In this document: in pieces, positions 49,544 through 61,920 of the stretch
How the letters are laid out: the number at the start of each line of letters is the position of its first letter
Numbering within the stretch: position 1 is the stretch's first letter
Source: Peribolospora baueri
Lineage: Eukaryota
Length of the DNA: 64,000 nucleotides
Reading direction: 5' to 3'
NCBI GenBank assembly: GCA_029717555.1
Contig: JAMDHS010000017.1
Span: 186,001 to 250,000, forward strand
The notes under the pieces: generated by a model
Databases searched by the model: none
What the model saw: only the letters and a program-made list of their open reading frames with translations
Told to the model about the DNA's origin: nothing
Program-made: the position numbers and the translations under genes

Positions 49544-52500
49544 ATGCCAGACCTCAAGGTGCAACGCTCCCCTTCGCGCTCCCCTCACCAGTTCTACACT
49601 CGGCCCGCCCTCCAAACTCCCGTCCAGTTTGGCCTCTCTCCCTCCTCCTTCAGCCCTACAAAGTCATCCACTCGCGCACGCAAGTCCGGCTCGGCGTCGC
49701 CCAAGAGGGCCTCGCCGAAGAGGAGCTCGCCGCCGCAAGTCACGTCTCGCTGCCCGTCCTCTCCTGCCGGATTGACCAGGTCGACCGCCATGACCCATAT
49801 CGAGGCAAGCACTCCTTTCGCTTCTCGCGTGGCTCCTGGCCCGTCTCGGACGCCTACACGGCCGAGAGGCGACAACGACCTGTCGCGGCGGATGCCGGAC
49901 GCGCTCGCCTTTCCTTCGCTCGGTTCCAACAGTCCTGCCATCCCCAAGCCGCCATTTGCACTGCGACGTCGTGCGGACGGCATTGGTCGGGCCACCCACG
50001 GCCAGATCAGCGGATTCTCCGCTCCCGGCAAAGAAGCCGTGAAGAGGGGAGGGGAGGACATGGACGTCGACGACGGCCAGCTGAAGGACCTGCCTGCGCG
50101 ACGTCGAGGCGAAGACTCCTCCCTCCTTACTGCCCGTGAACAAGTCAGCGGATTTTCGACTCTCGGCAAAGACCCTGCGCGCGCTGGAGGCGGCGAGGAC
50201 ATGGACGTGGACGCGGACGACGGAGAACAGAGGGAGAACTTGCCACGCCGTCTGTTTCTGGGGCGCAACACGGCCCACGCACCATACGGACTCGGTCTTC
50301 ACAAGTCGCGCAAAGTGCAATCCATGGATAACCTCACCCTGCACACCTCTCGGGTCATCGATTCGCCTTTCGGTTATAACGAGTCTTTACAAGCGCCGGC
50401 GCCTCAGCCGACCGCATTCATGCGAGCCAAGAGCGCCTTGTCCAAGGAAATGTCTAGCAGTCCGCCCGGTAAGGATCTCTCCTCATCACCGAATAGGGCC
50501 GCAAATGATTCGGGCGTCGCATTCCCCGAGGACGATAGCGACAGCGACGATGAGCAGCCTGGGGAGGCGTCCGGAAGCGTCCTCTCCCCTCTCAAGCACT
50601 CCCTGACCGCTCCTTCAGTCTCTTCCTCGAGCTTCCGCACGCCGCAAAACTTCAAACATGTCAAGCCGCTCCAGACGGCCTTCATGTCCACCGGCCTCGT
50701 CTCCAAACGTAGCCGGCCGAGACAGGTCGAACCGGGTCTGCCCGTGCCTTTTACCGGTGTCAGGGTCGTCGGCTCTCAACCCAGCATGCGTAGGGTCTCG
50801 CTGGGCAGTGGGCCGTCGCACTCGCCAGCCCATCCTTCGCTCGGATCCTCCCTCGGTCTCCGCGAGGTCGTCGCTTCGGTCAATGCTCACGCTGTCGCTG
50901 CAGCGGCGGGCGCGAGCGTTGGCGGTTTTGGCAAAACACCCGTGCCGCCGACCATGCCTGACACTCCTGTTAAGAAGGCAGTAGCGCCAACCGTGCCCGG
51001 CTCCCACCAGACGACCTCATTCGCGATCCAGCATCCGCCTGGCTCCTCGTTGAAGCATCCACCTCTGGCCATCGCGACGACCACTCCATCCCCTTCACCT
51101 CTCGCGGGACCGCCAGCGGCGCTGTCCGACGTCGACAGCACGCCTTCGTCGTGCGAGAGCCCGACACTCAACGTCGTCTCGCTCAGCGAACTCCAACGGT
51201 CGAGGGGCAACTCGCCTCAGCCGCCTGCATCGCGGCCCGGTAGCGCCAACCGAAACAACCTTCTCCTCCGCTCACAGCTGGGTCTACACCGCAAGAGCTC
51301 GTTCAGTAGTCTTGCTGGCGGGGAGAGCAGCAGTCCTAGTAATCGCTTGCTCAGCCGCGGCGAAGGCGATCGACACGACACAGGCGATCTCAGTCCCACG
51401 CCCTTTTCCACTGGTGCTCGCTTCACCGACTTTCGTCTCGGACAATCCTCCCATCCCCGTGCTGCCAAGGCGCCCGCCAGCGCCCCTCCGAAGGACCTCG
51501 GCGCTCACGTCGGTCTAGGCATATCCGCCGGTTCACCCTTTTCCGCCGCAGCGGCGGACGTGCCGGCCTCTTGCCCCCCATGCAAATCACGCTCTGGCCC
51601 TGCGGCGAGGATGCTCCTGCACCGAAAGAGCAGCGGCGCTCTCAACATCAGACTCGAGAGAGGCGAATCTTTCGATCTTGTGCCAGGCGTGCACGGAGGC
51701 TCCATTTCTGTTCAGCCTCCGCTCGAGGACGGCGAGCCGATGACACCAACAAGGGCCGTCGTGCCCATCAAGTGGTTTGAGGGCACGCCAACCAGTACCG
51801 CCTCGCCCTTCCAGGAGGCCACCCCACCAGGCCCGGAACAGCCGGAAGCTCCGAGTCGCTCTCATTTGTCCCCGCCCTCCTCCGAAGCGAGACCCAGCAA
51901 GCGCTTGCATCCGGGACCGCTATACAGGGCGAGCAACCCGATGCTCGGCAAGACGGCTCGGGAACAGGCAGAGATGGAGGATCGACGAGCGAGGGCGGGC
52001 CGCTTCGAGAGCGAGTTTTTCCTGCTCGAGAGCCTCGGAAAGGGCGAGTTCAGTGAGGCGCTCAAGGTGCAGGAGCGCGCGACGGGAAAGCTCTACGCGG
52101 TGAAGAAGATGAAATCTCCGTTCTTAGGTCCGCGGGATCGGTGAGTCTCCAAGCGTCCTAACGACCTGACGGGCGCATATATGCTGATCGTCTCTTTCGT
52201 CCTCTTTAGACTCCGTCGGCTGGAGGAGGTGGACATCCTCCGTCACTTGTCCAACCCGAACCACGAAAACATTGTCTCGCTGATCGACGCCTGGGAAGAG
52301 CAGGGCGTTCTGCACATCCAGACCGAACTCTGTCAGCTCGGCACGCTCGCCATGTTTTTGGACGAGTACGGCTCCTTGGTCGAGCGCTTGGACGAAGCGC
52401 GGGTGTGGAAGATCCTCGTTGAGCTTTCCGCCGGCCTCAAGCACATTCACGACCACGACATCCTCCACCTCGACCTCAAGCCGGCCAACGTCTTCGTCAC

Positions 52501-53456
52501 CGAGATGGGCTCGCTCAAGATCGGAGACTTTGGCCTCGCCGCTCGATGGCCGCCAGTGGCGCCCGCTCAAATCCTCGAGGGCGCCGGCATAGCCGCTACT
52601 CAGAGCTGCTCTGCTCCCAACCTAGACGCACTGGTCACCGGAGGCAGAAGGCGCAGCGGTGTGAAAGCGAACCTCGAGCGTGAGGGCGATCGCGAGTACA
52701 TCGCGCCCGAGATTCTTCGCGGCAAGTACAGCGAGGCGGCGGACATCTTCAGGTGAGCGGCTCCGTCTCGGTCTATGTTTTCCAGCGAATCATGTCGCTC
52801 ATGACCGTATTTTCCTGTACTCTCATCACAGCCTCGGGCTGATCATCCTCGAAGCTGCGACCAATATTGTCTTGCCGGACAACGGACCGGCCTGGCACAA
52901 GCTCCGGACAGACGACTTTTCCGACGTGGAGATGGGCGGACTCAGCGAGCCACTCGTGTCCCTTGTCAAGAACTTGCTTCACTCTGATGCCGCCAAGCGC
53001 CCGATGATCGACGACGTCTGCGCACACCCGGTCGTGCACAAGGCCAGCGAGCGTATGGCCCGCGAACTCGGCGCGGACGAAGTGGATCAGCTGCCGACTT
53101 TCGAGTCTGGCTCGCCTCCGTGCGCTCCCGCTCAGGTACCCAAGCTCGGCCGGAGCGATGACGACGTCACCGCCACCGAGGACGACGACGAAGGCGACTG
53201 GGAGATGACAGACAACGAAGCAGACCCCCTTCCCCCTGGCGAACCGGAGCCCGCGTCGTTCGAGTCGGCTCTGGGCCTCAGCGGCATGACCGACCTTACC
53301 AACTCGTCTCCGCTCATACCACCTTCCCCGCCGCATCATCTGACGCGCGGCTCGCTGATCGCCGAACCGGACGATTTTCTCGAGGAGATCCTCGCCGCGG
53401 CGGATTTTGAGGAGGAACACCACGACGAGACCCGACTGGAGGAGTTACGTTTCTAG
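49544..53456 (+). CDS. WEE1: Wee1/Swe1-family CDK-inhibitory kinase; exons 49544-52140, 52210-52752, 52832-53456
   Basis: Long SP/TP-rich N-terminus with VKPLQTAFMSTGLVSK and MPDTPVKK. Kinase motifs LGKGEFSE, YAVKK, EEVDIL, IQTELC, HLDLKPAN, KIGDFG, EGDREYIAPE, DIF|SLG, ATNIVLPDNG..WHKLR are Wee1-diagnostic. An upstream in-frame ATG exists at 49112. Confidence 0.94.
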
Positions 53457-54042
53457 TATGATTTCGCACCATCGCCGCCCGGTTCCGACAGATAATAGGC
53501 GCCCCTTCGAAACGTGTCTGAAGCTCGTCTTCCATGTCTTAACCAAAGTTGTACAGTAGAGCACCACCTAAACCATTCCCCCCTCGGCCAATGTTTTCTT
53601 TCCATCCCGCTCCGACTTCCTCTCTCCTCGTAGTGATTGAGCTTACTTCCTTTCTGTAGTCGATGTCTTCCTTCCCACGTCCCGATCGTCGACCGACCGA
53701 CGACCCGTCCCCGCCGCCCCCCCCACCCCCCCGGTCCACACCCACTGCATCTTATGTCCCTACTGGGCTTTCCCTGTTTTCCTCGCACTCTTTCTTGTCA
53801 CCTCTATTTGATCAATCCGGAGGATCTCTCAATGTCAACATGTGGGTTTGGCGGCGTTGCAAGAACATACGGCGTGACCCGACCGGACTCGATCGAACGT
53901 GTGCGGACGAAGCTTGTCGTCCGTCACCTCGTCCGCCGCGCATTTGCGGGCTTGCTTGCCCTGGTGAAAAATATACGTCTGTTACAGAGCACCTACCGTT
54001 ATAACGTACAAAGAGCACCCGCAGAGCGCGGGCGGTGAAATC

Positions 54043-54963
54043 TCATCGTCTGGTGGTTCCGAAGCCGGAGAAACCCATCATCGCCGCCATCTCGTCCTCC
54101 TCCACTCCCTTCTGCCCGCCTCCGTTGGCTTGGGCGGCAGCGGCCCGCTTCTGCTCCCTCTCTTTCTTTCTCCTCGCCCGCATCTCCTCTCTTTCCCTCT
54201 CTTCCTGCTCTCGAATCTCCCGCAACCGCTGGTCAAAATCATACGTCCTCTTGTTCGATCTGTTCGCCGTCTCCTCGCGCAGTCTTGCGATCTTCGCTCG
54301 CACTTGCTCGATTGTTGAACGGGCCACCTGCGTCGTCTGGCCAAGGCGGCGGAGATCTGTAAAGTGAGGGCAAAAAAAAAATTCGGAAATAATTCGCGTA
54401 TGAGCAGGAAGCACATGATCGAGGAGAAGTGACCTTGCTGAAGAAGCTTCTCCGGACGGATGGACAAAGCGGAGGATGACTCACGGAACCGCCCGTTAAT
54501 ATGATCCAGGTATCCCGCGCTGTCCTTACAGGTCTGGTTGCACAGCTCGCAGTAGAACCCCGGGCCCCTGCGTCCCGAGGTACCTCCGGTCTCTACGATC
54601 ATGGTCTTGTTCAGGTTCTTCTCCAGTTCCAGCGGTCCTTCGCGCTGTTGCATCAGCTCCGTCGGTTTCGGCATGTCAATAAATTTTCGTCGGGGAGGTT
54701 TCTTGCCTGTTGGAAACATGCAAGATAAGCGTAACCATTCTTCAGCGTGATGGCTTTATCATAGAGAAATCCGAGAGAAAAAAAAAAAGAAAGAAAGAAA
54801 GAACAGTTCATTCACCCTTCCTCATCAGCTCCTCCGCTTCCTGCGCCCGCTCCTTCTCCTCCCTGTCCCGTTCTCTCGCCCTAGCCGCATACTCCTCCTT
54901 GTCCCACGTCCTCCTAACTGGACCCACACCAAGGTCGGTTTCCTTCTTTTGCTGCCCTGACAT
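54043..54963 (-). CDS. SNU23: Snu23/ZMAT2 zinc-finger spliceosomal B-complex protein, 3 exons
   Basis: RRTWDKEEY, GFYCELCNQTCKDSAGYLDHINGRF|HLRRLGQTTQVARSTIEQVR, YDFDQRL, and C-terminal MAAMMGFSGFG. Confidence 0.93.
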
Positions 54964-55188
54964 CCCTTTTCGTTCGCTGCTTCGTCTTTAGCTAGAGGGC
55001 GATGCAGGCTACGGCGAGTGGAGAATGGATGAGAGAGCTGGAAGATGGCGCGTGCGCGAACGAGCGGTGTGATCGAGGATCGCCGCAGCTCGTTCCGCCT
55101 CGCGCCGGCCATCTCCGCCTTACCAGGTCGAGAAGAGAAGACCTGCTGTTCTTGTCGGTACTTAGAGAGCTGCTCGAGCGTGTCCAGC

Positions 55189-56271
55189 ATGTCGCTGCCT
55201 TCTGGACCCCTTCTTCTCGTCCGGTCAGCTCAGACCTCGGTCCCACGGCTCGTAGCAGGACCGTGCCGTTCGGGTAGGGCTAGACATCTTCGATCACCGC
55301 CTCCATCCTCGCGCCGTGCATTCTTCGGCCTGCCCGACTTTCTCCCCTTCTCGGCGCCTGGCAGCTCACGATCGGACGGTGGCGTCGGCGATGGACCCGG
55401 GCGAAAAGGAAAGGGCAGCGAGAGGAAGGAGGGAGACTTGACAATTTATTCGGAGCAGAGGACACTGCCGTGAGTGTGGCGAGCCTTTAGACGGCGAGCA
55501 AGCCCGACGACGATCGATTGCGGCACAGCTGCTACTATATCAAGGTAGGAGCTGCCGCGTCGCATCTACTCACCTACACTTCCGTCCAATCTTCTCCCTC
55601 TAAAGCTATACTCAACAACAGCTCTACAACGTAGTCGCCGATGTAGACTCGTACTTCTCTTTCATCCCCTTTTGCACGTCCTCAGAGGTCCTAGCGCCTG
55701 CGTCCGGCTCTACATCTTTGTCCTCGCCCTCGTCTTCCGATGACCCGGACACACAGACTCGGACGGTACTTGCGCGTCTGACCGTCGGCTTCAACGGCTT
55801 GAACGAGAGTTACGTGAGCAGGGTCGAGTGTCGGCCGTACGAGCTCGTCAAGGTTGGTGACCATATTTTAGTTGCCCTTCCCTGCGTCTTCGAATGCATA
55901 GGGGCCTAGCTTCACTGTGTGCTTTGGAAATGATTCATTAGCTAATGTCCGCATTTTTGTACGTCGCCCTTGCTGGAACGCACGGAATAATCAAGGCGAC
56001 AGCCGACTCGTCCACCCCGCTCTTCAAGACCCTCAGGACGACGTGGCGCTTTCAGCCTTCTTTTGCCCCCTCGACTTCCCCTACCTCCAGCAGCTCTTTC
56101 TCCTCTCCATCTCACCCCACTTCCGCTGCGTCGACGCTATTGAGCTTCGACTTAGCCTATTCGTTCGCTAACCCGCTGTATGGGCAGGTCAGCAGTCTTT
56201 TCTTTGGACGCATTGCGGAGCTTATGGTCGAGGCCTTCGAGAAGAGGTGCAAGGATGTCTATGGGCCCTGA
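55189..56271 (+). CDS. COQ10: Coenzyme Q-binding protein Coq10 (START/polyketide-cyclase fold), mitochondrial; exons 55189-55469, 55606-55852, 55996-56271
   Basis: Presequence ending RRAFF, then YSEQRTLP|YTQQQLYNVVADVDSYFSFIPFC, ARLTVGF..LNESYVSRV, LFKTLRTTWRF and MVEAFEKRC. Confidence 0.92.
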
Positions 56272-56820
56272 AGGGTAAGGTCGGCAACGGCAGCGCCTCT
56301 TGCACATCCGGCACGGATTGGATCCTAGTGTGTCCGCATAGATAAATAGACTTACGGGTACAGGGATACATGTAAACAACCTTTTGTTCAAGAGCGCCGC
56401 AAGCGACCAAATGAGGGGAGTGCCTCGAACAAGAGCTGGGAGCCGCTGCCGGACAGAAGAAGGTAACGCTCAAAGTAATTTGACGATCAACGAGGGTAAG
56501 ACATTTTCGAGCACGACTAGAACTCTCCCTTAGGTCAGCACCTGGCGCTTGCGGCACTTCATGTGACATTTCTCGACGACAGCCAGCTTCGTTGTGGTCA
56601 CCGCATTCGTCGTCACTTCGCCGCTGAGACCTCTGACGCTTTTCCCCATGAAACAAGACGCAAGGAGCTTCCTTCGAGCAGCAGACCCGACCAGAATGAA
56701 AAGGCTCAAAACCAAAATCTTTCTTTTGCTGGTTCTCCCAGAACTACCGGCACTCGAACCGCCGAGCTAACCCACCGCGCCCGCCCTTCGTGCCTACAGC
56801 ACCTTCTTCGCTGCCAGAAA

Positions 56821-57976
56821 ATGCCTCGGTCCACTATCCGCCTGGCCGTCGCTGTCGTCCTCACAGCGGCCCTTCTCGCTACTGTTTTTGTCTTTGGTGT
56901 GCCCACCGGAAACACTGGCAAGCGTGTCAAACACGCACAAGTCCGCGCCTGGTTCGACAATGACAAGCCGCTTTTCCGCCACAAATTTTTTGGCGGACAG
57001 GAATTTCACCTCGCTCACCTCGGTTCCCCGAGTTCCTATTTTCGCTCAAAGAATCATCATCATGCTCTCCCATTTGGTAGACCGTCTCACGGGTCAAGTC
57101 ACTCAGCGTCGGCCCCTCGTCCGTCAGCGTCCAACCCAATGACCAGTCTAGTCAGCTCTGAGGCTTTCCCCGAGGATCCAGGAAAAGATGTCCGCGGTCA
57201 AGTTCTCTCCGTTCACAACAACTTGCGTGCACACTATGGTGTCTCACCTCTCAGGTGGAACGTCACACTGGCGCACGCGGCAGATAAGTGGGCTGTGAGA
57301 GGCGTGTTCAAGCACAGGTCAGTCCCTGTCGGGTCCTATGTCATACGCCTCGAGCGTGCCCGAGGCCGACCGTTGCTGATTTCTTGCGCTGCTTTTTTGG
57401 ACGGTGTTATCTGGCCCCTTCGCACTCTCCAGTCAAGGCACTTTGGGTCCCTACGGTGAAAACCTAGCAGCTGGCACCGGCTCCTACCCTGTAACCAAAG
57501 CCATGTCTCAGTGGATAGACGAGGAGGGTCTTTACGATTGGCACAGACCCTCTTTCTCAGAAAAGACCGGTCACTTTACCCAAATGGTCTGGAGGGCAAC
57601 TTACCACGTCGGCTGCGCTTTCCGACCCGTTGAAGCCGGCAAGATGTTCGCTCAAAGGTACGGGCCCGCCAAGTACCTTGTGTGCGAGTATTATCCGGCT
57701 GGCAATGTCATTGGATCTTTCGCGTGAGTTCCTTCCTTCGCCTCATGGACGTTGCGGCTTTCGGAGCGGCAGCTGGTCGTTCAGGGCGTCTGCGTGCGCT
57801 ATGGTGGCCCACTGTTTCATCCCCCTTCCGCTTCCAGTAAAAACGTACCTCGGAAGACCCATCAAAGTCCGGGGCGAGGTAAAAGGATGTTTAGTGCGAT
57901 GGAGCGGCCCGCATCCGACATCGCTCCGCGCGACGGACGTTCGGAACGGCGTTCGGCGTCGACTTCGCGGGGCTAA
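56821..57976 (+). CDS. CAP/SCP/PR-1 (Pry-like) protein with N-terminal signal/anchor; exons 56821-57317, 57433-57723, 57838-57976
   Basis: Hydrophobic AVAVVLTAALLATVFVFGV, then HNNLRAHYGVSPLRWNVTLA, FKHS, GENLAAG, WIDE, GHFTQMVWRATYHVGCA and LVCEYYPAGNV (CAP motifs). Confidence 0.92.
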
Positions 57977-58115
57977 GAGGAATGGCCAGATAGTAAAGTA
58001 GAACACGGTCGCGTGCGGTGTCACTATCACGCGCTTTTGCACTCGACCACGGCGTACCGGCCGGAAGTATTCATTCACCAAGTCGATCGATCGTTCGGCA
58101 CGGCCGGCACGGCAA

Positions 58116-58311
58116 CGGCATTGTTGCAAAGGCTCTCTCAGGTCCGATGGGTCATCAGTGAAGTTGCCGAGAGGCGAAGGAACGCCTTGGATGACGGATT
58201 GCTATTACGACCGCGGCATTGTTGCAAAGGCTCTCTCAGGTCCGATGGGTCATCAGTGAAGTTGCCGAGAGGCGAAGGAACGCCTTGGATGACGGATTGC
58301 TATTACGACCA
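58116..58311. repeat. Direct tandem duplication, 2 x 98 bp (97/98 identical)
   Basis: cggcattgttgcaaaggctctctcaggtccgatgggtcatcagtgaagttgccgagaggcgaaggaacgccttggatgacggattgctattacgacc starts at both 58116 and 58214. Confidence 0.96.
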
Positions 58312-58627
58312 CGGTCGCGAAGGACCAAGATAAGCACCTTGGATGAAAAATTGAACGATGATGAAGCGAGACGGCGGGACACCAGGATGCGACCCATGCC
58401 ATGGCAAGAAACGATCATCGTACGAGGAAACCGGTCAGAAGAAGCGAGGGGAAGATGATTGAATTCGATTAATAAAATTAAAGGGCGATAAATGATCTAC
58501 GTCCATGAATGAAACCAAGCAGTGAGAGAACCTGCTAGGCTGGTAGCGCAAGCCAGCGGCCGGGTGGACATTGACCGCGCCGTGTGCAGCATGGCGAGCG
58601 GTATTCTCAAGCGCTTCTCAAGACGAA

Positions 58628-60536
58628 CTAGCAGTTCGTCGCAAACCCGGCCGCGCAAACCTGCGAGGGGACGTTTGCGGATGTGGGACGTGAGATCAGT
58701 GTCCGGTCCAGCTCGAACATAGAGGGGGCAAACGCATAGATGCACGTCTCATCCTTGCAAGAGTGCGGTGTCAAGAAGCGACCTCAAACTCACATAAGGC
58801 TTGAGGGGCGGCTCCTCCTTCGCCCGAGGTCCGAGAGGGAGGGAGACGACTTGCTCGAGCAAGCCGGTGAGGAGCGGGACAGCTTGGTCGAACTTGACGC
58901 CCGCGCCGCCCGGGTACGCTTGTCAACGTGGCGGACGAGTAGTGGAGAGAGCAGCAGGGAGGGGACGGAGGAGAGGTCGAACGAGTCAATATACAAGCTG
59001 GGATAGCACCGACTTGAGGTGTCAAAGAAAGGGGGGAAAGACCCACTCAAGCAGTTGACAGGATCGAAGCGCGAGACATCGGCAGGTCCGTCGTGCGTGA
59101 GCGCGTCGAGGGCGAGGGCGTACGCCGCCGAATCGACGATCATGCCAACTATTGCGACGCGACAAACAAACAAAGAGGAAAAAAAAAGGAAGAGAATAAA
59201 TACCAGGTCGATCGTGTCCAACGTCCCAGGAGCCACGATAGGGCCCAGCCGTGTTGGCTCGCACGGGGCGGGAGGCGTCCGTACTCACGATGCTCGACAA
59301 CATGCGTGGGCCCACAGACGTTCAATGCTTGGAGGGAGATGACGGAAGCGCCAGGGAGGGCGGAAGTGGGGTTGGGTCCGACTTCGGGAGGGATGACTTC
59401 GTCCATGATGGTGTAGATGGACGTAGTGGGCACGATGGCTGCCCCTCCACGGCCGTGGTTCTGGGCGGCGAGGTAGTGCGAGCCGACGGTTTGCTGGCTG
59501 CGGAAACAAGAGGTAGGCGGCCAGCGGACGGGAGAATGGAGTTAGTCAAGTCCAAGGCACCGCCAAAAGGAACACGAGGAACAGAAGCAGAAAGCAGAGC
59601 AGACGCACAGGACCGAAGGGTTGCATCCCTCTCCGAGGGTAGTCAAGTTTTCGGCGGGGCAAGCCAAGATGCCATCAAGAGTACCGTGGAAGTCTCCGGC
59701 GAGCGCAATGTAGTCTTGCACATACTGTTGAACCAAAAGCGGAGACAAAGAAGAGAGGGTGGTCAGGCATGTCCATGAAGGGGTGGGCCACCATCTATCG
59801 GACCGCTTCTCAGCCCCTTCTTACTGCACAATTCCCATCGATCCTTCGCTTGCCTCCGAACCCCACTGTCCAACCTCAATTCGACCAATGCATGGCACCA
59901 ATTCGAACGCACCTGAGTAGTGCTAGGCCAGAAGAGGAGAGCCCACTGGATGTTGAGACCGGCGCCCTGGGAGTGGCCGATGACAGAGATCTTGCCCGTC
60001 TTGGACTTTTTGGCGAGGATAGGGATGTTGTAGGCGACGTACCTGGGGGCGGAAACAGGGACAAGGAAGACGGGCGGCAGAGACGACGCGAGAGAAGAAT
60101 GGGTAAGTGACCCAAGTCGGTGGGAGGACGTCTCGCTCGGTGCTCTCGGTATCCCGCACACAGGGCTCCTGCCACAACGGATGCCTCTCGCGCAAACTCA
60201 CTCGGCAGCGACTTGCGCGTCCGACAAGCTGCGATTCGGCAGCGTTACCCAGCACACATCGAAGCCTGGTCCGGCCTGGGGAAGCAGGTTGACGTAAGGG
60301 CCGTAATCCCAGGTGTCGTGCCCGTTTCCGCCGGTGCCGTGGACGAGGAAGACGACGCCGCCGGCCTTGCCTTGGATGCCTTGAGGGCAAGTGACGGCGT
60401 TTGCGAGCGTGGTGAGGTCGACAGAAAAAGGCGCGTCCGAGGCCACGTCCCTGGGAGCGGGGGGAAGGGCGAGGGTGGAGGAGAAGAGGGAGAAGAGGGA
60501 GAGAAGAAGGAGGAATGGGGCGGCGAGACGAGACAT
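58628..60536 (-). CDS. Secreted lipase, Candida antarctica lipase B (CALB)-like alpha/beta hydrolase, about 7 exons
   Basis: Signal peptide MSRLAAPFLLLLSLFSLFSSTLA, then SDAPFSV, VTCP, FLVHGTG, DVCWV, DAQVAAE|YV, nucleophile GHSQG, QWALLFWPS, DFHGT, QQTVGS, VPTTSIYTIMDEV (Asp), VCGPTHVVEH (His), EPPLKPY|VCAAGFATNC*. These are colinear with remembered CALB motifs. Confidence 0.88.
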
Positions 60537-61920
60537 GGCGGCCGGGTTTGGGGGGTGAGCGCGCACCGAATTAAAGTCGAACTAAAGAGGGATGATGAAG
60601 CAGAGGACAGTGGCGCTGGTGTTCCGTCGACCTGAATGCTTTCGCTGCCGGGTCGGTCTAAAGGGCCAGAGAAAGAAGAGAAGAACAAGGGGGGGAGGAT
60701 GGAGGAGGGGTGGGGCCGGGCGGCTGTGGGGGGAGGAGAAAGGTGAGCACGACGACGACGAAAAAGCGACGACGGGCGAGTCAAGTCGTGCAAGGTGCAG
60801 GCAAGCACGCTCCTTTAAGGGCTTGTCTCATCACCGGCCGGCCGTTCATGCTCGGGTGGGGACTAGGTGCGTCCAACGGCATCCGTCGCTTGTTCATGGC
60901 GGTATGGAGTCGGAAAGACGGGAACGCGCACGTTCCGATGTACGCTGAAAGTCAGTGCAAATCCTTAGTGTACGCACTTGCTGTACTTTCGGCGCGCTCG
61001 AGGCGCTGAAGGCTAACTGATATGCGTCTTGACCTGGAGATGTTCAGAGCCGTTCAGCAGCCAAGCCAAGCCTGAACCCGTGTGCTATTCCCCAACTTTA
61101 CTTATTTAACTAAGAAGCAGCCACCCTGGACAGGACCAAAGTGTCGGCAGCAGAACGCGGCACGGCTGCGCTCGGGCGAGGAGACGGCGAGGAGGAGACA
61201 GAGGGAAAAGGGTTGGCGCTTTAAGCTACCGGCAGTTTGTCCGAGGATCCGACGTGGGCGCTTGACGGGCGTGTGGGTGGTGTGGATGTGGAGACGACGG
61301 ATGGATAGAAAAACTGTTCCGTCGCGGATGGTCAGGCACCAGACGATCACGCGCATAATGCTGCGGCCATTCCTTTCAGTCCTCCCAAGCAGCTGCTCTT
61401 TCCTGACACACATCCACCAGGGGCAAGGGGCCCCGCAACGATATAGCCTACGCTTCACCCAGCCGCGCAAAGAGAGAAATGAGAACAAAAAAAGGCAGAG
61501 GCACTGGATCGACGGGTGAGTCGCTCACCTCGACACGCCAGGCCTGACCTCCGCCCTCGTGCGGACAAATCTTACCGAAGGAAGGGAAGGGAAGTGAAAC
61601 AGACCCCAACCACGCGCCGATCCCGCCTTTCGCCCTTGCCGCTCCTTTCGGCGTTCTGCAGGCGACGACGAGTTAGAAAGCGAACAAACGCCCTCTGTCG
61701 AGATCGGCAAGGAATACTGGCTTGTTCGACGTCGCGTACAGTCGCTATTGCCGCGCGTTCGTCTCAATCCTCATCAAAATTGTTCTCGTCACGGTTGATC
61801 CGTCTTCGCTGTTGCAGCACAGCACCATTCCTCCAACCACACGACCGACCGAAGAATCAATGTACACGAGAGACAAAAATAGGGCAGACAAGGCCGCAGC
61901 TCCGTCAGATAGGTATCTAG

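Noticed and set aside
58116..58311. Possible CRISPR or LTR/transposon signature
   Set aside because: Two abutting copies with no spacer, no cas or transposase genes, no TG..CA ends and no TSD; the context is eukaryotic.
61102..61920. Short ORFs and a donor/acceptor pair between the lipase and ARPC4
   Set aside because: No coherent protein in any splice phase; likely UTR or promoter sequence.
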